Assembly (NCBI GenBank): GCA_016748015.1
Contig: JAAOMT010000301.1
Coordinates: 248,001 to 312,000, forward strand
From: Geosiphon pyriformis uo1
Taxonomy: Eukaryota; Fungi; Glomeromycota
Length of the DNA stretch: 64,000 nt
Direction: 5' to 3'
Shown here in pieces: positions 38,750 to 52,300 of the stretch. The notes below the pieces were generated by a model. That model was not told the DNA's origin. It searched no databases and was given only the letters and a program-made list of their open reading frames with translations. Numbering within the stretch: the stretch's first letter is position 1; every line of letters starts with the position of its first letter. The position numbers and the translations under genes were made by a program.

Positions 38750-39595
38750 GGTATTGATTGGAAGATAGGAAGTGTTAAGTGTAAGAGTTGGTGGCAAGGT
38801 TTCCAATATCGGGCTTTGTTGTTGTGAAGGGATTGAAACGGACGGTGAGGGAATTGTTGTGACCCCTCTTGTTGTTGTTGTCGTGGTGACATTTGATGAT
38901 ACCCCAAAACCGCCAAGAACACTTTGAAGTCGTTGGTGTATGTCCCTGTTGACAGGATTTAATGTATCATGATTTGATTCTGCCTCACATTCAAGAGACT
39001 TATTTCCCAAGGCTTCAAGACTATTCATGATGTCTTGCGTCCTGTCCCTGTTATCCGGTTGTGATAAACGAATTAGATGTTCCCTAATCAGTTGTAAGAG
39101 TGCGATGAAGCATCGACTCTCCGAAAGTACCATGACCAATTTATCGAAAAGGTTTTGCTTTTCTGCTTCAAAGTATATACGCTGATTAAACAAAAGAATG
39201 AGAATTTGTTTTTCGTACTGTTTAATTTCAACCCCATGTTGAAGGGTTTCGTTAGTTTTAGTCAACGTTTCAGCCACTTGAATTTGTTGTGTCAACTTTT
39301 GTTCTATTTCGTTCATTTTTTGTTTCAGCGCCTCCACTTGCTTATTCTTACGTGGCGAATTATCATATTTGCAAGTATTAGGGTCACAGTTACTACAAGG
39401 AGCACCAGTTTCAGCGTTTCCATCACATTTAATCTTTCCTTGACGACACCGTTGACATGCTCTTTTATTTATTGGCCCACGAGGACGACGACTTGCACCA
39501 CCTCCTTGGCTAGTTTCATTACCGTTTGAAGCAACTGGATTACCAGTGGGATATGGATTGCTAAGGCTCGAGTTTCTAGATAGAGTCGTTGACAT
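38369..39595 (-). CDS. Zn(II)2Cys6 binuclear-cluster transcription factor, single exon, 408 aa
   Basis: RACQRCRQGKIKCDGNAETGAPCSNCDPNTCKY, then a coiled coil, low-complexity S/T/P and poly-N, and an acidic-aromatic C-terminus. Confidence 0.88.
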
Positions 39596-42448
39596 TTCAA
39601 CAAATAATTTATATATGAGAGTGTTTATTATCTAATGTTTTAAGATGGAATGATATGGTTTATAAAATGGTTCCTTGAGTTTTCCCCAGAGCAAGATTGG
39701 TTTTATTCAAGGGAGAATTTTGAGCTTTTAGAGCGTTTTTATAGAGATATAGTAGACTGTGCTCAGTTAAAAAAATCGTCTCTATTTATTACTTAGTGGA
39801 GGGCGCAGCGGAGTGTTACACCTAATTTATAGGTTTAAATGGAATAAGTTATACTACCGTTACCACTTAAAGGAAAGAAAGAAGTAGAGAATGATTGTTT
39901 ATGTAAGTGTAAGAAGCATAAGAGAGAGAGAAAAGAAAGTAACTGAGAAGTTTGGGTTTGTATTTTTTGCACTAGAAGATGCATCTCGGCGAAAATGGAT
40001 AATATACAATGTGGTTCTGGAAACACAGTATAATCAATGAAAAGAGATAATTTATTTGATAAGATTAATAAATCATATCATATTATATTATATTATATTT
40101 ATATCATCATCATCTCATATCATAATATATTTTATACAGACATGATGTGAAAAGATTTTCTAACAAAGATTTCCTTAAACCTTTTGACAGAATTCTTGTT
40201 GGTGTACAATAAATACTAGCCACAGCCTAACCAGGGAAAATTTTGAATGAATATTATAAAATGTCACACATTTTGCTAGAGAACCTTCCTTTAAGATTTT
40301 TTTTAATGTTCGTTCATGCATGCCCTTTTTTCTGAACCAATTAAATTTATTGATTACGTATACCATTATACCATTGATCCTTACCATCTATGTGGCAAAA
40401 GGTGGCTTCAAAGATTTTACCATAATAAAAAAATCATAAATTTTTGTCAAAAATATTATTTACTTTTAATAATAATAATAATAATAATATTTGGTTTTTC
40501 ATATTAAATATTTAATAAATTTGTTTGAATTAACAAAATATTTATTCTTAAATATTTTATCTATTTTTGAATTTTTACTATTATTATTATTATTAAAAAT
40601 TACCAAATTTAAATAACTATTACTTATATTATATCAGCTAGGTATTAAGCATATTCTTTTTTTTAAAAATTCCCTACAAAAATGGTGTTATAAACTATTC
40701 GTACCAACTTCCGTACTTAATTAGCAATGCTCCCGAATATTAAGAAAGTAATCCAATCCAAGAATATATAAAAAAAAAAGAAATTTCGGAGGTTATGATG
40801 TAATAATGCAATGTTCTCGAATATCACCCAAATCAAAAATACCATCATCTGACCAACAATATCTCTACCAATTAATTCACACCAAACTTCGACCAAACTT
40901 TCGGCTGGGAAATACAAGCGCCTCCAAAAATACCCCATAAAACTTATCAACTACCAGAATTCACGCGAAGCAACGTGATATTGGCCGGTTAAAAGCTCAA
41001 GGAAGCTCGAGAAAAGATGCGAGTAAAATTGTGTTGAATTCCCTGAAGTTTAACCAAGATCAAGAGGATTAAGAAAGGTTACACTTGTATTGTAGTTTGT
41101 TCGATAAAAAACTATTTACCAGAAAGTTTATTAAGGTCCAGCATATCATTTGAAAATATTCCTTACATTCTTGATTTTTAAGATACAAGATTCCCATACT
41201 TGTGTTTCGTAACCTTTAGGAATTGGGTTAGGGCAAGCACAATAGCCTTTTGATTCGTTTAATTAGTTGGTAAAACATTGTTGATCCTTATGTCAATTGC
41301 GAATGTGCTTGCTAAGCGATGGTTCCATGTGTTCATCTTATCTGACTCTTCAAATTAGCAGGATATAGAAAAAGAATATTCAAGTGTTTGATTAGTACTT
41401 TAAGGCCGAAAGGAAATAGACTCATTTTTAGTGGATGTTCACGCCCATCCTCACGGTGTACCAAAACTATTGGAAATTAACCACCGTCATGAATAGAGTG
41501 ACTTCTAAGAAGCGCATATATATTTAATCTTGCTTTGGTTCAGATCCACTTTGTGCTAAATAACGCTGGGTAACTCTAACCCACTAAAGCTCAAGCCCAA
41601 AGCTGTGACGATAACAAAACCCGTTTATCGCAGAATCAAGCAAACCCCAAACATCGAGCAATGTATGGTATTGATATAATGTTGGCCTTGGCCTTTATCG
41701 AAAAGTTGGGCATTCCTCAGCCGCGTTCGATCTTTTTAATTTCAAGACCGTATCCCTTTCTACACAACCCTCCCGTCTTGGTTAACAAACACAAATACGT
41801 TGATAAACGCAAAAGAGTGCAAGTATAACCAGGGAAGGTTGCTAAGAAAAGAGGTACTTCCTATTTTGATATATGTCCGGCCTTACTGCGAGGCAAAAAC
41901 TTTAGTTTGCTCGCCAAAGTTTCGAACAAGGTTTTGTTGTGTAAAAAAAGCTCTAATGCGATACCAGGGATCACAATGAAGAGTGTTAACTTACCACTTC
42001 ATGTCCGGATCGCTTTGGAAAAAGCATATAAATTGAGGTTTGTGTTTATTTCAAAGTTTTGAATTATCTCAGATATCAGGTGACTCTATCCACGGATTTT
42101 TAGTAGCGCATTTTTTATTCTTGTCTCATCTAATAAAAAACCTCAAATCAGTAAAATTATCTTTACATCTTTGCGAGTTAGATAAAAATTCATGCCACTT
42201 AAAAATTTTGACCTATAACCATGATTCAAATGCTTTGGATTTTCGAGTATCAAGGAACAATTATAAAGGCAATTGATACCAAAAAGAACCGCAATATCAA
42301 AATCACAATGATATTAATACTTGACTAGGTATGTGAGTTAATTCATCAAAAGATAAAACCGATGAATGAAAGAACGTAAAGGTTACGTGTCATACGATCA
42401 TACAATCATTCTTTGATTTTTTTCCCCCAGATATAAACCAATCAACGC

Positions 42449-43807
42449 ATGGTTTTTTTTATCACAAAAATGGATACTACTTTATTGATTAACAAGCTTT
42501 TTGAGAACAAATCCACCGCAGATCTGATTCTTCGTGTCAATGGTCAAACCTTTCCTGTACACCGTACTATTCTTCAATACACTTCTGGATTTTTTCACCG
42601 ATATTTTAAAGCAGACGAGGGTGCTCACAAGTACCAAGATTATTCACCGTGCAAACTAGCTTTGAAAAATTGGTATGATTACTCTCTGCCCATCGATTCT
42701 TCAACCGATACAATTCCAAAAACCAAAACCGATTACAATTCGTCCTCAAAAAATGATTCGAGCCTTCAAACTTTTGCAGAAATTTCCCCAATAAAACCTG
42801 ATAAGCGACCAGAACTCTATTATTCACACCATCAATTTCATCAATTCCTTCGATTTCTATATGGATATCAAATCGAACTCAATCTCTCAGTCGAAGATTT
42901 ATTCACCCTTTCCTATTTGGCCAAGAAATTTGAAGTTACACCTATGACACACACTTATGACAATTTGTTGTCCATGAATAATCGATGGCGTGAAGCTGAG
43001 AATGGGGAGGAACGATGGCAAACACTATTGGATGTGTGTAAATGGTTAGATTTGTATTTAACTAGAAATGGGATTTTGGTTTGGGTTGTAGAAATGATTC
43101 GACAAGGTGGACGAAGAATAAGAAATGAATTCTTATCAAAGTTGGATGATGATGATCTGGAATTTGTATTGCAAGAATTGGCAAATCGGGCGAGAAGTTG
43201 GAATAATGTAATTGTAGGAGATTCAAGGGAAATCACTCAGCCAACAAATGAGATTTCCAACGAAAAATGTCATTATAATCCGATAAATGGATTGAATAAT
43301 TGGGGTACTAACAGGATTTTCAATCAATTGCCCAGTGAATTAAATGCTACACCCTCCACTTTTACGACCGATTTAATGAATGTTAATATGCTAATGAATG
43401 GTGCAGCTGACCGCATTTATGATGCTCCTGTTAATCTTCAATTATTCACATCAGATGGAGCAATCAAACAAAGTTTTTTGGATAGATCAGGCAATGGTCC
43501 AGTAACTACAGGAATGAATGGATTTCTTTATGACATGCCAGTTGATACGATAGCAAACGACAATGGAGCGCTGCCAGCCGTGGACGGATTAATTTCCGAG
43601 ATGACCAAAGAAGAAATTGATAGCTGGCTTGAGACTCAATTGGAAAATGATTCAGCTATTCAGAATTTTGATTTCTTGGACATAGATGTCGATAATAACA
43701 ATCAAAATTATAATATGCAAGCTGCGAAAATTAATCAACTTGTAGATGGCGTTGAAAGGAGTAACAGAAAGAGTGAAAATAATTCAAATCCACCGAAAGA
43801 CCTTTAA
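42449..43807 (+). CDS. BTB/POZ-domain protein (start may be Met at 42470; probable 5' UTR intron 42329-42430)
   Basis: ADLILRVNGQTFPVHRTILQYTSGFF and F..FLRFLYG..I....LAKKFEV BTB motifs. 452-aa open frame. Confidence 0.85.
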   Translation: MVFFITKMDTTLLINKLFENKSTADLILRVNGQTFPVHRTILQYTSGFFHRYFKADEGAHKYQDYSPCKLALKNWYDYSLPIDSSTDTIPKTKTDYNSSSKNDSSLQTFAEISPIKPDKRPELYYSHHQFHQFLRFLYGYQIELNLSVEDLFTLSYLAKKFEVTPMTHTYDNLLSMNNRWREAENGEERWQTLLDVCKWLDLYLTRNGILVWVVEMIRQGGRRIRNEFLSKLDDDDLEFVLQELANRARSWNNVIVGDSREITQPTNEISNEKCHYNPINGLNNWGTNRIFNQLPSELNATPSTFTTDLMNVNMLMNGAADRIYDAPVNLQLFTSDGAIKQSFLDRSGNGPVTTGMNGFLYDMPVDTIANDNGALPAVDGLISEMTKEEIDSWLETQLENDSAIQNFDFLDIDVDNNNQNYNMQAAKINQLVDGVERSNRKSENNSNPPKDL

Positions 43808-43899
43808 AATGCTCAATTGCAACAAGGTAGAGGTAGCTCATAAATATTGATCACCTTAGATAAGATGACCATACTTTCATGAATTTGAATCAAACATAT

Positions 43900-46800
43900 G
43901 ATGTAAATTACAAAAGCTTATTTAAATTAATTATGCTCTTGTTTTTTATAATTTCAAAAAATGTAATTTTTTTACTTGATTTTTTTTGTTGCTTTTAGAT
44001 TTTGTCTTTTTTTGATAAAAATAAATATATAACATTTTCAACTGTTTTTAATATTAATTAAAAAAATATTAAAATATTAAAAAGAGTAAATAAATATCAT
44101 AATTAGATTATACAACATTTTAAAATTATATAATATTACAAACAGACATAGTAAAATTGGAATTAAAGTTTGTAAATTTATATTATTAATTATAGCAAAA
44201 TTACTATTATAATATTAATCTTGAAATACATTCTTAAAAAAAAAATTAACATATTTAAAAATAATTAAATAATTATACATATGTGTATTTTAAAATTAAA
44301 AAACCCAAATCCAATTTTTACAACAAATATTAAATAAAAAAATACAAAATAATTAAAATTATTATTGAAAATTTTTTAAAAAACCAAAATATTAATTTTG
44401 TTTTAAATAACATATAATATTTTGTATATTATATATATAATTCTTTTAAAAAGTAATAGCAGTGTATTTTTTTTAATTTTGTTTTTTTATACATAATAAT
44501 TTTTGTTTAAATTTTAATATTTAATAAATATATAAATAAAGAATATATATATAAAAAATTAATATTTAATATGTCTTTTTTTACATTAATACAATTTTGA
44601 ATTCAATTTTACATACTAATAATACAGTTAAAAATAGTCTTATTAAACAGATTATTTTATTTTATTTTTATTATTGTAAAAAAAATTTTGAAATTTTTTT
44701 TTTGGTATATTATTATTGTTTTAACTTTTTTCTTAATATTTTGTTTAAAAATAGTCCAAATATTTTTAATTGAATTGAGATTTAAACTATATAATAATTA
44801 AAACAAAATGTAATTTAACAATTATATTTTAAAATCTACATAAACATATTTTAAAGTATGCTTTAAATTATTATTATGTTAAAAATTCTAATATTGTTAT
44901 TTATATATACTAAATATATTGTAATATAAATTTTCATTAAAAATTTTATGATAAAAATATTAATTCATATTTTCTATAAAAATACATATTTAAACTTTTT
45001 TATATATACAAATCATTTTTTACATATAAAGTTTAAATAAATATTTTTATTATTAATATAATAAATTTATTTAAATAAAATCAAGCCAAACAAGTATTTT
45101 GAAATATTTGTAAAGTTGTTTTATTTGAAAATATTACTTTGTGTTAATTATAATTAAAATGTTTTTAAGTTTATATTAATTAGTTTTGTTTGGCTTGTTT
45201 AATAAATAAAGATAGATATTTTAATAAAACAACTATATAATCAAGTTTAAAAAATTTATTGCAAATAATTTGTTTATTTATTTTAATTTTAATATATGTT
45301 TTTGCAAATTATGTTTTAATTTTAATTGCTGTAATAAAATAATTTTGATTTACAATTTTTTCAATCTAGTAGCATATTTTTGATAAAGTTTTTTGTAGAT
45401 AACTTAAATAATAAATTGCTTAAATTTAACTATTTTTACAAAATTGTCTTATATATTATTCATAAAAATAAAGAAAAATATTGGTTTTTTAAGATATTTT
45501 GATTAAACTTTAATAATTTTATTGTCAAAATTTCTTAATAATTTTATGATTGAATTTTACAGGATTATTTTTTATTACAAGAAATAAAACATATTATTGA
45601 TTAAAACTATTTTGTTTTAAAAATAAAAATAATAGTATAAAATATGTATATATATAAATTATTACTTAAAATGTTTTAATAATAGCTAATTAAATTATAA
45701 TAAGAATTACATATTACAAAAATTACTTTGTTATTACTTTTCAAAAGTACTATATAAAACTACTAATAGTGTTTATAAAAATAAAATATATAAAAAATTT
45801 AATTAAACTATAAATTAAATCTTATATATATTTTAATAATTGGGTTTTTTTTAAAATAAAATTTAAATATTAAAGTTTTTTTAAATTGTTTATTAAAAAT
45901 ATTATATATAATAATTTTTTTAATTTAAGTTTGTATTTTTTATAAAAGCTTAATATTAAGATATATTTATAATTAAAACTTTAATTAAAATAATAATTTT
46001 ATTTATTATAAAAAAAATTGTTAATTATGTTTATTAAAATTTTTTTTATATTATTAGTTGTATTAATAACTATTTGAATTGGTTTATTAATATTTTATTT
46101 AAGTTTTTTTATTAGCTAATAAATAATAATATTAGCAAATTTATTATTTAAAATTAATTTAATCAGTTTTTTTTTAATTATTGTTTTTGTATATATAATT
46201 ATATTTGTTTTTTGTTAAAAATTATTGTATTATTTAACAAAACCAATAATTTATTGGCTTTAAATTCAAATAAAAAATATTAAATAGATTAATATCTTTA
46301 ATAATTTTTGTTAATAAGATAATAATATTATTAAAAAAAAATTGTAATTTTATCTTTTAAAAATATAATTAATAAAAATTCTGTTTTTTAATATTGTCAA
46401 GTAATTGAATTAAATTTAATAATAATTAATTTTTATTAATAATTATTTCGGAAAATTATTTAATTATTAAAACTGTTTTTGTTATTGGCTAATTAAATTA
46501 ATTTTTTGGTTAATACTTAATAATTTTAAGTTGGTAATATTTAATAATATTGTTGTTAAATTAATAGTAATGTTAATTAATAATAATTGTTTTAATATTA
46601 AAATTCTAGTAAATAATAAGTTGATAATAATAATAAATAAAATTGTTGTAATTATAAAAAATAATATTAATTATTTTGTTTTTATTAATTTTATTAAAGT
46701 TTTTAACAATTTTTTTTGGAACTTTACAATAATAGCAATTAAGATTGTGAAATTAATTATTTAATAATAGTATAAAAAATTATTTTAACTTTGTTATTGT

Positions 46801-49380
46801 GATAATTTGTATTTTAGTTATTAATTAATAAAAAAATTATCAATATTTTTTACAAGTTAATTAATTTTATTTGTTGTATTAAATATTTTTATAATTAAAT
46901 TAATAAGTTTAATATAATTAACTTTTTTTACAACTTATTAAATAACAATAATTAAATTTTTAAAAACATAAATTTAAACTTTTTTAATAAATTTGTTTTT
47001 TAGTTCTATAAATTAATTTAATATTTAAATATTAAATAAATAATAACAAATTTAAAAATTGATTTTAAAGTATAATTAAAGTATTGTTATTAATAAAATA
47101 ATTAAAAAAAAACAGTTTTAACTATTTATTAATTAACAAAAAACTTAATTTTCAAGTTATTTGTTATCAGTTTTTTAAAAAAATAATTAATTAATTTTAA
47201 TATTCTAATTATATTTTATTTATTATTTGTTGTTTTTATTACTTTGTTAAATTATTGTTTTAATATTTTTTCAAAATTTTAAAAACTTTGTAATTTAAAA
47301 AATAGTTATATTTTTATTTTTTTTAGTTTTATAAATTTAAAAAAATTTTTAATTTTAATTTTTTTTAAATAAATAATTAAATTAATATTAATATAATTAG
47401 TTTTTATTATTAAATTAACTTATTTGATAATGTAAAATTTTTTGGTTTTAAAAAGCAAACAAGTAATAAATTAGATATTACTTAAATAAATAATTTTAAA
47501 AATAATAAAATTAAAAGTAGTATTATAAATAAAATTATAAATTTATGTTTAATAATTTAATATTATTATTTTTTAGTATTATTTAAAAGTTTTAATTTTT
47601 AGTTTTTTGTATAAAAAACAGAAATTTAATAATATAATAAGTGGTTTATTTTAATGTTTATTTTTTATATAAAAAGCTATTTAACTTTTTATCAATTAAT
47701 TTTATGTTTTAATTTGTATTTTTTACTAAGTAATTTTTAATATTATAATTTTAAACACTTATTTTTTTAAATTATAACAACAAAATAAAAAATAAAAAAT
47801 AAAACAAAAGAAAAAATAAAAATAAAAATTAATATTTGTTAATAATTATAATCAAAAATTATTGGTTTAATATTATTAAATTTGCAATTTATGTTTTTAA
47901 TATTTGTTAATTTAAAAACTATTTAAATAGAAATAAATATTAATAATTTGTTATTGTTTTTTGTTTAAATATTTGTAATTATTTAATTATTTTTAATATA
48001 TTGTTTATTGTTTAAATAAATAATTAAAATTTTTTATTATTATTATTGTTATTGTTTTTTGGTTTTAATTTTATATTAAATAAAAATAAATAAATAAATA
48101 ATTTTTTTTATAAAACTTTGTAATATTATAGTTAAGTTTTTAAAAATAAGTGTTAAATGTTTTTTAATTATAAATATCTAGTTTTTTTGTAAATAATATA
48201 CAAAATTTTCATAGAAATTATATTTCTTTTTTAAAATATTGTAGTTTTTATAAATATAATTGTTAATATAATTTTCAAAATATTTGTAAAGTGTTTTTTT
48301 TAATATTATAATTTTATTTAAAAATCTAAATTTTTATTTATAATAAATATAAATTAACTTATAATATTTTAAAGTTGTTTTATTAAAAGAAATTACTATT
48401 TTATATAACTTTTTGTTTTTAAAAACTACTAAATATTATTAATATTATTTATAAAAAAATAAAAAATATTTATTATATAGTATATTTAATAATATAATTA
48501 AAAAAAATAATATAATATTAAAAAGTTTATAAAAATTTAAAATATCAAAAATATTTAAAAATTTTAAAATACCAAAAATAATTAAAAAAATATAAAACCA
48601 ATTAAAAATATTTGAATATTTTGTATTATTAAAAATATATATACAACAATAATAATAATAAAAAAGTATTTAATATAACTTAAATTTTATTTTTTTAATA
48701 ATTAAAAATTTAATTTACAAACTAATTATCAAATAAAATTTTCAATTAAACCAAAAAAAATTTTATAAACTGTATTTATTATTGTTAAATTATTTATTTT
48801 ATTTATATTATTTTTTTAAAAAGCAATAAATACCAAAAACATAATTTTACAGATTTTATTATATTGAATTAATAGTTTTTAATAAATATTAATAATATAC
48901 CAATTTTTATTTTTTTATTTGTATTATTATTTTATTGTTAAAAAAATAAATACTAAAATTATAATATTAAAAATTGTTTAATAAAAAATGCAAAACATAA
49001 ACATAAAATTAATTTATTAAAAATTAAATATTTATTAAAAAAAATAAAAACATTAAAATAAATTAATTATCATATTAAAAAAATAATATACTAAATATTA
49101 AAAATTATTAAATTATTAAATCTCTGTTTTTTATACAAAAACTCAACTATAAAAATTTTTAAATTATATTAAAAAAATACAGTACTAAATTATAAAACAT
49201 GGCCCAATAAATTTACTTATAATATTTAATAATTTTTATAAAATATAATTTACAAAGAATAAAATCCTACTAAAAATAATTAATAAAAATAAAAAAATTT
49301 AAATATACAAAAAAAAATTATTTTGTATTTGTAAAAATCTGATATAAATACTATTAAAAAAATTAAAATTAATAAATAAG
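43900..49380. repeat. Extreme AT-rich desert, probably fully decayed transposon relics including a Gypsy relative on the minus strand
   Basis: Almost no G/C. 47826-47880 aligns with 6786-6840 (LTR end region) mostly by G>A/C>T changes. Confidence 0.5.
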
Positions 49381-52300
49381 TATACGTCCCAAATTTCTAA
49401 AATAGTGCATTTTTGAAGAAGTTTTTGTTTTTTCATTTGTTTTTATCTTTTACTTTTATTTGGTTTTCACAATTTCTCAACTTGTCAACTCTTTCATTAT
49501 CCCTTTGGTATCTGATGCTGTTAACATTATGTTCATGAAAAAATTGGCCAGAAGTGCTGCTACAAGTTCTGTGAATAGTAGTCTGAAGCAAAAATCAAAG
49601 ATTTCATTTGGTAAAGTTAAACACTTAGGCGACAAAGCTGATTTATCTTTCAAATTACCTATAAGTGAGCCTGGCTGGTACAAAAACATAGATACCTCTT
49701 CCGAAAAAAAGTTGGAATATGAATTAGGCAAGGACTTAGACTACAGTACTGGCAGCAAGAGTAATAGGCTGCTGAACTCTTGTACCAACACCCCAAAGAC
49801 TAAACGCTTCAACTCTGATGCGGTGAAGATTCTATCTTTGGAGCCCTGTGACTTTGGCTCTGCCGTTAATGACGTTGACATGGACTTACCTCCCTCTGTT
49901 CTTTTGGAATCCCCTCTTCATTCAGTCACTTCTGTCAAAGAGAGATTCTGCTTCAAACCAACCAAATCCTTTGCACTCGACATTGGTTTGTCAGCCATTC
50001 CTGGAAATACTCTGTATAACAAACTCAAGGGTGTCAGGAAGCTGTTCTACAAAGTTGATGGTTTTGGAAGTGCATCAACTCCATCGAAATTTCCAGGTAT
50101 TGTTAAGACATCTTTCATATCTGAATCCAGTTTCACTTTGGCTAAACAGTTGGCTGTGTCTAAGAATCTTCTTGTCAACACTGATCTAAAGAAGATCGGC
50201 ATACAATCAAATCAGGAAATTGTTATCAAAGAAATTCCAGCTAATCTGCCCAAATTGGCGATTGAGTCAGCTTTGGTCAAGTATGGGAAAAATTTTTCAA
50301 TCAAAATACAGCTGATTGGTCTTTGGCAGAAAGTGCTTGTGAAGTTTGAGAGTTCTCAGGTTGCTGATCTGGTCATGTCCAAATGGTCAATCTTGCTGGG
50401 TAAGAACTCAGTGCAGATTGTCAAAGCCAATACCGACAAACAAACGTGGGATTTAAGGGACAGCTATTGCACTCTTCTATACACTCTGCTGATGGGCACG
50501 ACTGTCCACAATCTCTTGGATCTGGTCTAATCATATGGTAAGAAAACTTGCTGTATTTCTAGGAATTTGGTATCTTATGCACAAGCCCAATGTGCTGTCA
50601 TATGCTTTGACTCTAAAAAAGCCAGAAAGGCTGTTATTTGCTCTATGCTGGTGTTTAAGGGTATTAACCTTGTCTGGGATGGTTTGTTATCTCCTAAGTG
50701 TGCTACATGTGGTAACTTTGGTCATGTTTCCTCTGGATGTAACAGTGGTGAGAAAATCTTTAAACTGGATTTCAAAAAAAGATTTCTTTGTTCTAATTTG
50801 GATAAAAAGTGCCTTGTGCTCATTTATGCCAAAAAACAAGCTCTCGTGTCTTGTCCTGTCTTCTTTGGTGGTGCAACTTGGGCTTCTGTGATAAGTGGCT
50901 CCCCTAAAAATTTGTCTTCTATACCATTTGTTGGAACCAATACAAACATAAAACCAGTCGGCAGTTCGATGCCTAAGATTGCAATTTTAGCTTCACATGT
51001 TAGTGTTTTCGAGTGTTTATTTGAGAATGTGTCTGACCAGATAGCCGACATTTCACATAAGTTGGACAGGTTGTTGGCAGTTTTGTCAGCAAGTTTTGTT
51101 GTTTCGCCCACTCCCGAGCATAACCCTGTGCTGGATATGGCTGTTGATGCTTTGTTAGTTACTCAAGACATTTTTCCAAGTGGTTCCCAAGTTTTAACTG
51201 CAAAAGTAGGTGGCCTGGAGGCTAGCCTATTAGTTCTAGAGAATTCAATTAAAACAATAATGAATAAGTTGGACTCTTTTGGTTCTGGCAATGGTATAGT
51301 ACTCCATTCTCTTCCCCAATGAGTAGTTTAGCCTGGAAAATTGCTACTTATAACATTAGAAGTATGAATGTTCTTGCTAAGCAGGAAGATATTATTAGGT
51401 GGCATATGGTTTCGAATAATGACATTTCAATAATTACTGAGACTAAGCTTTACTCTAGTGTCAAGTCTTGAATTACGAATAAGTTTCCTAATGTGAAAGT
51501 GTTTATTTCAGGTCTGGATGCTGAGTTTTTAGGTGCAGGTGTCACTTTAATCATGAATAAAAATTTAGCCAAGCATGTTTTAAAAATCTCTGAAATTCTG
51601 GGTAGGTTTTTAATGGTTTATTTATTATTCAAAAACAAACATTCCATATCTGTGTTGGATTTGTATGCAGAGGCCTCTCGGGATAGGCATACAATTCAGA
51701 CTGGTCTCATTAACTTTTTTATAGCCAGGACTTGTAATGAGAGTACTTTTGTTATATTAGGTGGTGATTTCAATGAGGATGGGAACAAACGTAGCTCTAG
51801 CTTTAGCAAATATGTAGATCTTGGTTTAGTCAATGCATTAGTTAATAGTTCTTACATTAAGGCTTCTACTTGGAGTAATTCCAGGAGCATTAAAAGGACC
51901 ATTGATTTTGTTTTTGTTTCACAGAGTTTGAGTAATATTTTGATAAATAGGCGAGTTGTAGATGTGAACGAGTTCTTCAATACTGATCACAGTTCTGTTC
52001 AAATTACAATTGGTCTTGGTGGAATTTTGGATCTTGTTTTGAGAGCTATTCGTGTTCAAGCCAATAGAGACAAGTGGAAGTTCAAAAATGCTGATGGAGT
52101 TAAATGAAAGTAGTATAAAAATGCATCTTGTGAGAATTTTGCCATGTTCTCCAATGAGTTTGCAGATTTTCACTGTTTGTCTGATTTGGATAGCATGTGG
52201 TGTATTATTCACAAAGCTGTCTGCTTTTCAGTGAATGAAGTTTTTTCAAAGACCTGGTCTAAAGGTTTTAATGGTGGTTATACCAAGTGCTCTTCTCATT

